64,000 nt of DNA from Candidatus Micrarchaeota archaeon CG10_big_fil_rev_8_21_14_0_10_45_29 (lineage in GTDB: Archaea; Micrarchaeota; Micrarchaeia; Anstonellales; Anstonellaceae). Of the stretch, positions 43,067 through 55,557 are shown piece after piece (position 1 is the first letter of the stretch; the number at the start of each line of letters is the position of its first letter). The notes beneath the pieces were generated by a model. The model was not told where the DNA came from, did not search any database, and worked only from the letters and a program-made list of their open reading frames with translations. The DNA lies in contig PFCD01000012.1 of assembly GCA_002778455.1 (NCBI GenBank), positions 1,444-65,443 of the forward strand. Direction: 5' to 3'. The translations under genes were made by a program, and so were the position numbers.

Positions 43067-44095
43067 ATGTTTAACCAAATTAAAGTCTGCAATACGGTGC
43101 CAACTTCCAAAAAATTCAGGCAATTCAAGGGGTTCGGGCAAGGGCAGAGAACAGCCGTTTGCAAGAAAGACTTGAACAAGTTTGCAGACAAATGCATAAA
43201 TGAATTCAAACTTCTTTTTCCCAAAATGAAAAAGAAAAGATGGCAAAAAAACCATTATTCTTCCCTCTCAAAGTTGGAGGCTGAAATTAAAAAAACAGAA
43301 AATGAGCTGAAACAATTAATCATCCACAGGCATGATTTAGACCTCATATATGGCTCGGCTGTTCCTGCAGTTGAGATAAAAATTGTTGATTTGAGCGAAA
43401 AACTCAACAGGTTTAAAAGCGAACACAACCAGAAGTTTGACCAAATATACACGAAGCTAAAGAAAAAAGAAAAGGCAAAAAAGAGGAAAAAAGAGCTTAA
43501 AACTCCCCCTCCAGATCGGCTTTCCGTGGCGCTAGCGAACATCGGCGTACCTGGTGTTTACCATAGCCTTGTCCTGCAGTTTTGCAGAGAACAGCTGGAA
43601 AAAGACGCACGGTTTTCATCTCTTCCATTTGAGGTAAAAGTAAAAACCATTGAGATCGCATACTTTGAAGCCAAGCCGCTGCTTGCTTATTATGAAACCG
43701 AAAACAGTGCAAACTCCCTCCAGATGCAACTGCAGAAAATTTCCTTAGGGAATTACAATAAGTATTTTGGCCCTCTTAAGAAGCAGATTTCAGATTTCAA
43801 GGAAAAGGTATCGGGCAAGGGGCTTCCTGTTTCAATGGCCCAGCAACTCAGCTCTGTTTTAAATCTGGATTATTTGTTTGCACAATACATGAAAATGTAT
43901 CCAAACAAGTGGGTTTCATCTTCCGAAAAAGGGGAAAAAACTACAAACAAACTGGAATACGATATCATGGTGGAGCCAATACGAAAAATTCTGGTCGCCA
44001 GCAATATAAAAGAAGTTGCATCCCAACTGCTTGGGGAACAGAGGGCGAACGAACTTTCTGGTGCTGGCTTTCTGGATTCTGAAAAAACCTCTTAG
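43067..44095 (+). CDS. Hypothetical protein (Lys-rich, coiled-coil N-terminal half)
   Basis: Long ORF with no recognised motifs. Visibly more A/T-rich than its neighbours. Confidence 0.5.
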   Translation: MFNQIKVCNTVPTSKKFRQFKGFGQGQRTAVCKKDLNKFADKCINEFKLLFPKMKKKRWQKNHYSSLSKLEAEIKKTENELKQLIIHRHDLDLIYGSAVPAVEIKIVDLSEKLNRFKSEHNQKFDQIYTKLKKKEKAKKRKKELKTPPPDRLSVALANIGVPGVYHSLVLQFCREQLEKDARFSSLPFEVKVKTIEIAYFEAKPLLAYYETENSANSLQMQLQKISLGNYNKYFGPLKKQISDFKEKVSGKGLPVSMAQQLSSVLNLDYLFAQYMKMYPNKWVSSSEKGEKTTNKLEYDIMVEPIRKILVASNIKEVASQLLGEQRANELSGAGFLDSEKTS

Positions 44096-44124
44096 AAAAC
44101 AGGTTTATTTTTTGCGGCAAAAAT

Positions 44125-46146
44125 TTATTTTATCATCTTCTTTATTTTGCTTATTATTTTCTTTTTTTGCGTGCAATCCTTTAGCGCTATTTGCATAACA
44201 TCCACAAGGTTATCCACAGGCAGTATTTTTATTTTTCCTCTCATTTTAGGCGCCAAATAAATGTCTTGCGCGTTTTTGCGCGGCACTATTATCTCTTTCA
44301 TTCCCGCCTCAATAGCCGCCTCTGTTTTTGCCGTCGCACCGCCAATAGGCAAAACATCCCCTCTTACTGAGAGCGAGCCTGTCATTGCCACATCCTGGCG
44401 TATGGGAATTTCCTCCATTGCAGAGAGCATTGCAAGCGCAATGGAAACCGATGCAGAATCCCCCTCAACTCCCTCGTAAGTTTGCAAAAATTGCACATGC
44501 ACATCATATGAGGAAACGTTTTTTCCAAGATGCTTTTTTATTATGGCGGAGACATTTTCCACCGCCTCGCGCGCAATAGAGCCTAATTTTCCTGTCGCGA
44601 TTAATTTCCCCTCATTCTTGCTTCCTGCAGGGGTAACTTCGGCAACAATAGGCATCACAAGCCCGGAAGTTCCGTCTCCCATTACCGCAAGCCCGTTTAC
44701 TTTGCCAACATTATACCCTTTGGTGGAAAATACCTCATACTCTTTTTTTACCTCAATATATTTGCTGCTCATCTGCTGCTCCATTGTAAGCGCAATAGAG
44801 CGCGCCCTCTCAATATACCCAACTTCCACGAGGGAGGCATTCTCATCAACAGCAACATCCCCGGCAGCCCTTACAAGCCCGCCAAGCTCGCGCAAATTCA
44901 ATGTAAACCTTTTTTTTCTCCCCGCCTTTCTTCTTGCCTCTGAAATTATTTCCCCCACAGCATCGCGCGAGAAATGCGGTATTTTGCCGTCTTTGTCTAT
45001 TTCCTGAGCAACAAACTGCACAATCAAATTCTCATTCTCCTCAGTATCTTCCATTGTGTCTTCCATATATACTTCATACCCTGAGCCGCGAATCCTGCTT
45101 CTCATCGCAGGATGCATATGCTTCATGTCAATCAAGTTTCCTGCAGCAACAAGCACAAAGTCGCACGGCACCGCCTCAGTTTTCACAATGGCGCCCGAGC
45201 TCATTTCCGACTGCCCTGTAATTGAATATTTTTTCTCCTGCATCGCGGTGAGAATTTCCTGCTGCCATCTCATTTTTAATGAGGAAATTTCGTCAATAAA
45301 AAGCACTCCCTTGTTTGCCTTGTGAATTGCGCCGGATTCCACGCGCAAATGCGCCGGGGTGCCAAGCCCGCCTGACTGCAGCGGGTCATGCTTCACATCT
45401 CCCAAAAGCGCGCCCGCCTTGTTTCCGGTTCCGTCCATAAAAGGCGCGGTGTGCAATCCAGTATTATCCACAATTAACTTTGGCTCGTTGTGGTCGCCTC
45501 CCATGGCGCCCATTTTCTTTCCCAAAGTGTTTGTAAACCTCCACAAAAGAAACAAAAGCCCGAAAGCGCCCAGCGCCGCCAAAATAAACCATTTATTCTC
45601 ATCATTTAGCGTGCCTGTCGCATACAAAATAATAAGCACAAACATAAAGCCTAGCAAAAACAATATTCCTGCAGATGGCCCCTGCCCGCCTGTGGGGAGC
45701 ATATTTTTGCTTCTTGCCCCCTGTATAATCATTCTCCCTGCCCCGACATTTTGCTTTGGGACGCTTATTTGCATTTTTTTGCCCATATGCTCAAATTGCA
45801 TGCGAGCCGCATTTGCCTGCATATATAGCTTTGCAAGCTGCGCGTCCTGGCGCAAAAGCTCGGGCGAGGGATAAGTAGGAATAACTCTTACAAGCGGCTT
45901 ATTCTCATCATTGGGGTTTTGGTATACAAGCACATCCTGCAACGCCGTAACAGGCATCAATTCAGCCATCGCCTGCGCAAGCATGGATTTTCCTGTGCCC
46001 GGAGAGCCAATCATCAGCACATGCCTTCTCTGCTTTGCCGCCTTTTTCACAATTTTTACTGCCCTATCCTGCCCTATCACCTGGTCAACAAGTTTTTTTG
46101 GGATTTTAATTTCAGCAGTTGTTTTAAACTCAAGCATATATAGCAC
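44125..46146 (-). CDS. lon: Archaeal membrane-bound Lon protease (LonB)
   Basis: Walker [14 protein letters not shown], a TM insertion within the AAA+ domain ([16 protein letters not shown]..), and a C-terminal protease domain [15 protein letters not shown]. Confidence 0.93.
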   Translation of the reverse strand: MLYMLEFKTTAEIKIPKKLVDQVIGQDRAVKIVKKAAKQRRHVLMIGSPGTGKSMLAQAMAELMPVTALQDVLVYQNPNDENKPLVRVIPTYPSPELLRQDAQLAKLYMQANAARMQFEHMGKKMQISVPKQNVGAGRMIIQGARSKNMLPTGGQGPSAGILFLLGFMFVLIILYATGTLNDENKWFILAALGAFGLLFLLWRFTNTLGKKMGAMGGDHNEPKLIVDNTGLHTAPFMDGTGNKAGALLGDVKHDPLQSGGLGTPAHLRVESGAIHKANKGVLFIDEISSLKMRWQQEILTAMQEKKYSITGQSEMSSGAIVKTEAVPCDFVLVAAGNLIDMKHMHPAMRSRIRGSGYEVYMEDTMEDTEENENLIVQFVAQEIDKDGKIPHFSRDAVGEIISEARRKAGRKKRFTLNLRELGGLVRAAGDVAVDENASLVEVGYIERARSIALTMEQQMSSKYIEVKKEYEVFSTKGYNVGKVNGLAVMGDGTSGLVMPIVAEVTPAGSKNEGKLIATGKLGSIAREAVENVSAIIKKHLGKNVSSYDVHVQFLQTYEGVEGDSASVSIALAMLSAMEEIPIRQDVAMTGSLSVRGDVLPIGGATAKTEAAIEAGMKEIIVPRKNAQDIYLAPKMRGKIKILPVDNLVDVMQIALKDCTQKKKIISKIKKMIK

Positions 46147-46214
46147 CGTTTTGCAAGGAATGTATTATGTTGCTTAGGATATAAAAAGACAAACCTCTGC
46201 CCAAACAATTAATT

Positions 46215-46225
46215 GGGGGGGGGGG
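46215..46225. repeat. Homopolymeric G11 tract (C11 on the lon strand)
   Basis: Counted directly. Lies ~70 nt upstream of the lon start and ~55 nt upstream of the candidate ncRNA. Confidence 0.9.
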
Positions 46226-46279
46226 CTTAAGAAAATTTTTTGCGTGTAAAAATAAGAATCAAATTAAAATGTGGGAAGC

Positions 46280-46447
46280 GCGGCAAAATAAGAATTTCCT
46301 GGGAGGAAGTAGTTATCCTATTCTAAGGGGTGAATGGACAAATGGGGTGGTTCTCAACATAAGAGTTGAGGGGTTTGTTTGGCTTGAAGCAAATGTTTGG
46401 GGGTTTGCCTCAAACCTCTACTATCCCAGGAAGAACCATTTTGCCGC
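46280..46447 (+). ncRNA. Candidate structured non-coding RNA, class unassigned
   Basis: The 5' GCGGCAAAAT and 3' ATTTTGCCGC ends form a perfect 10-bp closing helix. A second helix pairs TTTCCTGGGA with TCCCAGGAAG. Internal hairpins include CTCAAC-ATAAGA-GTTGAG. G-U pairs favour the + strand. An A/T box lies ~30 nt upstream and a T-run downstream. The overlapping 90-aa ORF is not protein-like. Confidence 0.4.
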
Positions 46448-46478
46448 TAAAAACATAAAAACCCATCTATTTTTGTTG

Positions 46479-46667
46479 TTAAATTTCTGCCAATATGGGT
46501 TCTGCCACCTCCGAATACCTCTCTTTATCCACAGTGTATAAGTATGCGCCCTCACCCATTTTTGTAAGGTATGCATCCACTCTCGCCGAGCTTAGCGCCC
46601 TCGTTATTTTGCTCACTTCTTCCAGCGTCATATTCGCGATATCAATATACATATTTCTCACCAGCAA
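46479..46667 (-). CDS. Hypothetical small protein (62 aa)
   Basis: ORF only. Balanced composition, no recognised motif. Convergent with the candidate ncRNA. Confidence 0.3.
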   Translation of the reverse strand: MLVRNMYIDIANMTLEEVSKITRALSSARVDAYLTKMGEGAYLYTVDKERYSEVAEPILAEI

Positions 46668-46764
46668 TTCTTTGCGCGTTTTGCTTATATATAAATAAGG
46701 AAAGGGTGATTTTCCGCGTTTTTTGTTGCATTAAATATATTTTCAGGCGTTTTACGAGAATATG

Positions 46765-46774
46765 TTTATAAATA
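46765..46774 (+). promoter_or_regulatory. Candidate TATA box (TTTATAAATA) for the rpoH operon
   Basis: A/T box ~60 nt upstream of the rpoH TTG start. Inferred from sequence only. Confidence 0.35.
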
Positions 46775-46832
46775 TTTGTATTCCTAATAATCTGCACGCA
46801 CGAACCCCCACACTAGGTACTATGGTGTTATA

Positions 46833-47087
46833 TTGGCCAAAAAATCTTCTAAAAAACAAAAAGAAAAACTAGAGCATAATTTGGTTCCTCAGCACATTCT
46901 TCTAACAGAGGAGGAAAAACAAAAAGTATTTGCAAAGTTTAGTGCAACTGCTCTCAATTTTCCAAAAATTAACGCCGCAGATCCTGCGCTTATCGGCATG
47001 GATGCAAAGCAGGGGGACCTCGTACTTATAAAAAGAAAAGATTCGACAAGCACCCACGACTATTACCGTCTGGTTGCAAAGGGATAG
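46833..47087 (+). CDS. rpoH: DNA-directed RNA polymerase subunit H (Rpo5), TTG start
   Basis: HILLTEEEKQKVFAKF..PKINAADPAL..GDLVLIKRKDSTS motif, first gene of the RNAP operon. Confidence 0.9.
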   Translation: MAKKSSKKQKEKLEHNLVPQHILLTEEEKQKVFAKFSATALNFPKINAADPALIGMDAKQGDLVLIKRKDSTSTHDYYRLVAKG

Positions 47088-47197
47088 CGCCCAAAAGGCT
47101 TGCGGCAAAAGTGCCGCAAACGCCGAAGGAAAGGTTAAGTTGATGCAAGGGTTTGTAAAAAAGCGCAAGGCATTCATGCCTGTTTTAAGGTGAGCTA

Positions 47198-48667
47198 ATG
47201 AGCAAGGAACTGCTTAATGCATATTTTAAGGAAAATTCGCTGGTAAAACAGCATCTTGATTCCTACAACAAATTCGTAGAGGGCGGAATGCAGGAAATAA
47301 TCGACCGCATCGGCGTAATAAAGCCGACTATCGAGGGATTTGAGCTTCAGCTTGGGCGCATCCGCCTTGACAAGCCAAAAGTAATAGAGGCGGACGGCTC
47401 ACAGCGCGCAGTGCTTCCCTCCGAAGCAAGGTCGCGAAACCTTACTTATTCTGCACCTATTTTTCTTGAAATAATCCCGGTATACAACGGCGTGGAGAAA
47501 AAAATGTTTTCCGAAGTTTTCATAGGCGAGCTGCCTGTCATGGTAAAAAGCAAATTATGCCACCTTGACAATATGGCGGAAGACGAGCTTGCAGCATCGC
47601 GCGAGGACCCAAACGACCCCGGCGGCTACTTTATAATCAACGGCTCGGAGCGGGTGCTAACCTCGATTGAGGATTTGGCGCCAAACAGAATTATGACCAC
47701 ATTTGAAAAAGACAAAAAGCTTGTTACTTCAAAAGTATTTTCAACAAGGCACGGATTTCGTGCAAGAAGCGCGGTTGAGCGCACACTTGAGGGAATGCTT
47801 TACTGCGTTTTCCCCGCATCTCCCAAGGATTTGGGCTTTGTCCCGGTGCTTCGCGCGCTTGGCATAGAAAAAAACGCATCCATCTTCTCAGAATTTATAA
47901 ACGACGAGCAGATAAGAAACGACCTTCTTTTAAACATGGAGCCTGACGAGACAAAAACATCTGATACTGCACTTGATTATGTGGGCAAAAAGGCGGCTCC
48001 GGGGCAAACCGAGGAATACCGCAAAAAGCGCGCAGAAGTTTTGCTTGACACATATTTGCTTCCCCACATCGGCACAGACCCTGCCGACCGCCCGGCAAAA
48101 GCAAAATATTTGTGCAAAATGTGCGAGCGCGCAATTCTTGTGGCAACAAAAAGAATTCCTGCAGATGATAAAGACCATTATGCAAACAAGCGCATTAAGC
48201 TTACCGGCGATTTGATGGAAGAGCTTTTCCGCTATGCATTCCAATTTTTGGTAAAAGACGTCTCATACCAGGCAGGGCGCGCGGATGCGCGAGGGCGCCG
48301 CCTGGCGGTGCAAACCCTTGTGCGCCCGGACGCACTATCTGATAGAATCCGCTATTCAATGGCAACAGGCAACTGGATTGCGGGGCAAACCGGAATTTCC
48401 CAGCTGCTTGACCGCACATCTTTCCTCTCTTCGATGTCTCACTTGAGGCGTGTTGTCTCTCCGCTTTCGCGAAAGCACCCTCACTTCAAGGCGCGCGACC
48501 TTCACGGGACACATTGGGGAAAAATCTGCCCCAACGAATCTCCCGAAGGCCCCTCATGCGCCCTTGTGAAAAACATGTCGCTTTTCTGCGAAATTTCAAC
48601 AGGCGAGAAAGAGGAGGATGTGGAGCAGGCGCTCTACAAATTCGGCGTGCTGCAAAACTCCCAATAA
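47198..48667 (+). CDS. rpoB2: DNA-directed RNA polymerase subunit B'' (N-terminal part of split Rpo2)
   Basis: LPVMVKSKLCHL and GGYFIINGSERVL motifs, 489 aa. Confidence 0.95.
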   Translation: MSKELLNAYFKENSLVKQHLDSYNKFVEGGMQEIIDRIGVIKPTIEGFELQLGRIRLDKPKVIEADGSQRAVLPSEARSRNLTYSAPIFLEIIPVYNGVEKKMFSEVFIGELPVMVKSKLCHLDNMAEDELAASREDPNDPGGYFIINGSERVLTSIEDLAPNRIMTTFEKDKKLVTSKVFSTRHGFRARSAVERTLEGMLYCVFPASPKDLGFVPVLRALGIEKNASIFSEFINDEQIRNDLLLNMEPDETKTSDTALDYVGKKAAPGQTEEYRKKRAEVLLDTYLLPHIGTDPADRPAKAKYLCKMCERAILVATKRIPADDKDHYANKRIKLTGDLMEELFRYAFQFLVKDVSYQAGRADARGRRLAVQTLVRPDALSDRIRYSMATGNWIAGQTGISQLLDRTSFLSSMSHLRRVVSPLSRKHPHFKARDLHGTHWGKICPNESPEGPSCALVKNMSLFCEISTGEKEEDVEQALYKFGVLQNSQ

Positions 48668-48686
48668 TTTTTACAAGGTGCAACTC

Positions 48687-50546
48687 ATGGCAAAAAAAAT
48701 AAGAAAAAGAAAAAAACTGGCGCATTTGCAGGGAAGAAAAACCGCCGTGCTTCTTAACGGAAGGCTTATCGGCGAGGTTGAGAATCCAAACGACCTTCTC
48801 TCAAAGCTCTCAGAGTCAAGGCGCTCAGGCTCTATGGCAGCAGGCGTTAATTTTTACTACAATTCTCGCACCGACGAATTTATGGTAAATTCCGACTCAG
48901 GGCGCGCAAGGCGCCCCTACATAATAGTTGAGGGCGGCAAAAGCAAATTAACCTCAGAGCTTGACTCACAGCTAAAGGCCGGGCAAATGAGCTGGGGAAA
49001 GCTTGTTTCCATGGGCGTAATCGAATACCTTGATGCAGAAGAGGAGGAAGGCGCAAGAATCGCACTTCACGAGGCAGACATAACAGATGAGCACACCCAC
49101 CTTGAAATCGACCCTGTCACAATTACAGGAGTAACAGTATCAACCCTTCCATACCCAGAATACAATTCCTCCCCGCGTGTCACAATGGCATGCTCTATGT
49201 CTAAGCAGTCGCTCGGCACTTACTTGCTTAATTTTAACCAAAGAAACGATTCGCGCGGGCATATCTTATATTATCCGCAGCAGCCTCTTGTGCAAAGCCG
49301 CCCCTATAAAATATTGGGCTTTGGAGAGCATGCCGCAGGGCAGAATTTTGTAGTGGCAGTAGTTTGCCACGAGGGATACAACACAAGCGACGCATTGGTT
49401 GTAAACCGCTCCGCAATTGACCGCGGTTTGGGCCGCTCGGTATTTTTCAAGACGCATGAAACAGAGGAGAGGCGCTACCCCGGCGGGCAAAAAGACAAAT
49501 TTGAATTGCCTCCGGTAACCGCGCAAGGATACCGCGATGAGCGCGCATACCGCCACCTCTCCGACGACGGGATAATTTTGCCAGAATCCAAGCTTGAGCC
49601 AAAAGACGTGCTTGTGGGAAAAACCTCCCCTCCCCGCTTTTTGGAAGAAGTATCGGTATTTGGCATGGTAGAGGAGAAGAAAAGAGACAATTCCCTCTCT
49701 GTAAAAGCCGGAGACCACGGCGCAGTGGATTCTGTCCTTATAACCGATTCATTGGCAGGCAACAGGCTTGTAAAAGTAAGGGTCCGCTCAATAAAAGTTC
49801 CTGAGCAGGGAGACAAATTCGCCTCCCGCCACGGGCAGAAAGGAGTTATCGGCATGAAGCTCTCGCAGGAGGATATGCCGTTTACCTCGGAAGGAATAGT
49901 CCCTGATTTGATGATTAACCCGCACGCAATTCCCTCGCGAATGACTGCAGGGCATTTGCTTGAAATGCTTGGAGGAAAAGCGGTTTGCCACAGCGGCAAA
50001 TTCGGAGACGCGACGGCATTTGCCGGGGACGGTGAGGAGAAATTCCGCAACGAGCTAAAAACACTGGGCTTTGACGAGTATGGCGTGGAAACTCTCTATG
50101 ACGGCTACACAGGCAAGCCGATAAAAGCAAAAATTTACATCGGAGTAATATATTACCAAAAATTGCATCACTTAGTATCCAACAAAATGCATGTTCGCGC
50201 GCGCGGGCCCGTGCAGCTGCTCACCCGCCAGCCGACAGAGGGAAGGGCACGCGAAGGTGGCTTGCGTTTCGGGGAAATGGAGCGCGACTGCCTTATCGGC
50301 TACGGCGCATCCATGCTTATTCGCGAGAGGCTTTTGGAGGAATCAGACCGCTCATACCAGCTTGTATGCGCAAAAACCGGTTCCATCGGCTACAAGGATT
50401 ACATACGCAACAGGCTTGTCTCTCCATTGGATGAGAACAGCAGCGAGCTTTATTATGTTGAAATGTCGCATGCGTTCAAGCTTTTGCTTGATGAGATAAA
50501 GTCTATGGGAATATTCCCAAGGCTTTTGATGAGGGACAAGGCATAG
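48687..50546 (+). CDS. rpoB1: DNA-directed RNA polymerase subunit B' (C-terminal part of split Rpo2)
   Basis: GDKFASRHGQKGV and EGGLRFGEMERD motifs. The ATG at 48687 follows the rpoB2 stop at 48667. Confidence 0.95.
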   Translation: MAKKIRKRKKLAHLQGRKTAVLLNGRLIGEVENPNDLLSKLSESRRSGSMAAGVNFYYNSRTDEFMVNSDSGRARRPYIIVEGGKSKLTSELDSQLKAGQMSWGKLVSMGVIEYLDAEEEEGARIALHEADITDEHTHLEIDPVTITGVTVSTLPYPEYNSSPRVTMACSMSKQSLGTYLLNFNQRNDSRGHILYYPQQPLVQSRPYKILGFGEHAAGQNFVVAVVCHEGYNTSDALVVNRSAIDRGLGRSVFFKTHETEERRYPGGQKDKFELPPVTAQGYRDERAYRHLSDDGIILPESKLEPKDVLVGKTSPPRFLEEVSVFGMVEEKKRDNSLSVKAGDHGAVDSVLITDSLAGNRLVKVRVRSIKVPEQGDKFASRHGQKGVIGMKLSQEDMPFTSEGIVPDLMINPHAIPSRMTAGHLLEMLGGKAVCHSGKFGDATAFAGDGEEKFRNELKTLGFDEYGVETLYDGYTGKPIKAKIYIGVIYYQKLHHLVSNKMHVRARGPVQLLTRQPTEGRAREGGLRFGEMERDCLIGYGASMLIRERLLEESDRSYQLVCAKTGSIGYKDYIRNRLVSPLDENSSELYYVEMSHAFKLLLDEIKSMGIFPRLLMRDKA

Positions 50547-50557
50547 GGGTGAAAATT

Positions 50558-51025
50558 ATGGGAAAAACAGTGCAAAAAGAATCAAAAATCACCGTGGAAA
50601 AAGGCAAAAAAGGCAATTACTTTACGCGCAACTCCCTTATCCTCTTAAGTGCAGAGCAAGGAGAGCGCGCGGCATTCAAAGCCCTTGATGATTTGAACGA
50701 CTTTAAAACAAAAGTAAAACTGCAAAATGCAATAAAACTTGGCAAGAGCGAGAAAAATAACCTTAAAAACGCAAAAAAATATATCGCCAAAAAAGAGTTT
50801 TCCGAATTAAATATTTTGCCTCCCACCGGTTTTGCAACAGCCGCGCAAATAGCAGAAGCATTGGGCTTTTACGAGCTTAGCAAAAAATATTCAAAAAAAC
50901 AAGAAGAAAATTCCAAAAAGCACAATGCCGCCCACCTGCTCTCATATGACGGATTGGTGGAAGCTGTAACCGGGCACAGCCGCCTTGGAAAAACGCAGGC
51001 AGATGAGCTTATGAATAAGCTATAA
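50558..51025 (+). CDS. Hypothetical Lys-rich protein inserted between rpoB' and rpoA'
   Basis: SD-like AGGGGTGA lies 7 nt upstream of the ATG (alternative GTG at 50549, 3 nt after the rpoB1 stop). No recognised motif. Confidence 0.55.
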   Translation: MGKTVQKESKITVEKGKKGNYFTRNSLILLSAEQGERAAFKALDDLNDFKTKVKLQNAIKLGKSEKNNLKNAKKYIAKKEFSELNILPPTGFATAAQIAEALGFYELSKKYSKKQEENSKKHNAAHLLSYDGLVEAVTGHSRLGKTQADELMNKL

Positions 51026-51061
51026 AATGAAAAATAATTTTATTATGAAATTTCAGGGGTT

Positions 51062-54593
<3,532 letters not shown>

Positions 54594-54603
54594 GGTTTTA
54601 TTT

Positions 54604-55158
54604 ATGCAAAAGCAAATTCCTCTTCTTGGAAAAGACGGCAATGTAAGCATAACCAAGTTGAAAAGGCGGTTGCTTGTTCTCAACAACCTAAAGCTAAAGC
54701 AGATGCCAGATATGCTGCCAAGAGAGCGCCATTTTATATTCTATGATCTGGGCATAAGCGGGGGATATTACAGATTTGCAAAACAAAGCCTTGAGCGCGC
54801 ACTCGGAGATTCGGAAAAAGACGCAAAAAAGGCGCTGAAAAATAAAGATTATGCCGAAGCACTGCATATACTCTTAGGCGGGCTTGAATATATGCAAAGG
54901 TACCAGGGAATAAGGTACACTGACAATGCCCTCAAATTTTATTTTGCTGCCAAAGAGTTTCTTGAGATTCGTGACTCAACGGATGCAAAACTCAAAGAGG
55001 CGGGAGAAAAATACCCTAATGAGTGGAACAAGCTCTCGATTCTTTGGCATGACATAAAGGTAGATTATGAGGTCAATGCGGCATTCGGCCCGCAACCAGC
55101 ATTCAGCGAGCTTGCGGCTCAGGCGGGCTACGGCAACATATTAAAGAGGGCAGTATGA
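54604..55158 (+). CDS. Hypothetical protein inserted between rpoA'' and rpl30e
   Basis: ORF starts 10 nt after the rpoA2 stop. Helical, TPR-like feel (YAEALHILLGGLEYMQRYQG). No recognised family. Confidence 0.55.
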   Translation: MQKQIPLLGKDGNVSITKLKRRLLVLNNLKLKQMPDMLPRERHFIFYDLGISGGYYRFAKQSLERALGDSEKDAKKALKNKDYAEALHILLGGLEYMQRYQGIRYTDNALKFYFAAKEFLEIRDSTDAKLKEAGEKYPNEWNKLSILWHDIKVDYEVNAAFGPQPAFSELAAQAGYGNILKRAV

Positions 55159-55218
55159 GATAAATTATGCGTATTAGGGATGAAAACTTTTTAAAAAAGT
55201 TTTTCGGAGGTAATACAT

Positions 55219-55548
55219 ATGGCAAAGAAAAAAACTGAAAGTGAGGAAACGACTGATTTGGGAAAGGCAATTCGCATGTGCGCGGATTCGGGAAAAGTGG
55301 AATTTGGCACAAAAATATCCCTAAAGCGCGCGATGCACGGGCAGGGAAAGCTTATTGTTTCATCTTCAAACGCCCCAAAAGAGGAGAGCGAGGACATGGC
55401 AAAATTCTGCAAAATGTCAAAGCTTCCGATAATAAAATTCAACGGCACCTCACGCGAGCTTGGAGCAATTTGCGGCAAAGCTTTTCCGGTGACATTTTTG
55501 TGGGTTTCTGCAGTGGGCGACTCGCCGATAATGGATTTTGCAAAATAG
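55219..55548 (+). CDS. rpl30e: 50S ribosomal protein eL30
   Basis: L7Ae/L30e-fold sequence GKAIRMCADSGKVEFGTKISLKRAMHGQGKLIVSSSN, in the conserved position. Confidence 0.9.
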   Translation: MAKKKTESEETTDLGKAIRMCADSGKVEFGTKISLKRAMHGQGKLIVSSSNAPKEESEDMAKFCKMSKLPIIKFNGTSRELGAICGKAFPVTFLWVSAVGDSPIMDFAK

Positions 55549-55557
55549 AGGGTATTG

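Noticed and set aside
46280-46447. Direct assignment of the candidate RNA as RNase P RNA or SRP RNA.
   Set aside because: I could not find the conserved P4 strands (GAGGAAAGUCC / ACAGAA..GGCUUA) or the SRP helix-8 GGAA-tetraloop motif in a consistent fold. It is left unclassified pending covariance-model searches.
46269-46541. 90-aa plus-strand ORF (MWEARQNKNFLGGSSYPILRGEW...).
   Set aside because: Its sequence is dominated by G/T-rich codons, and it coincides with extensive base-pairing. It is interpreted as a candidate structured RNA instead.
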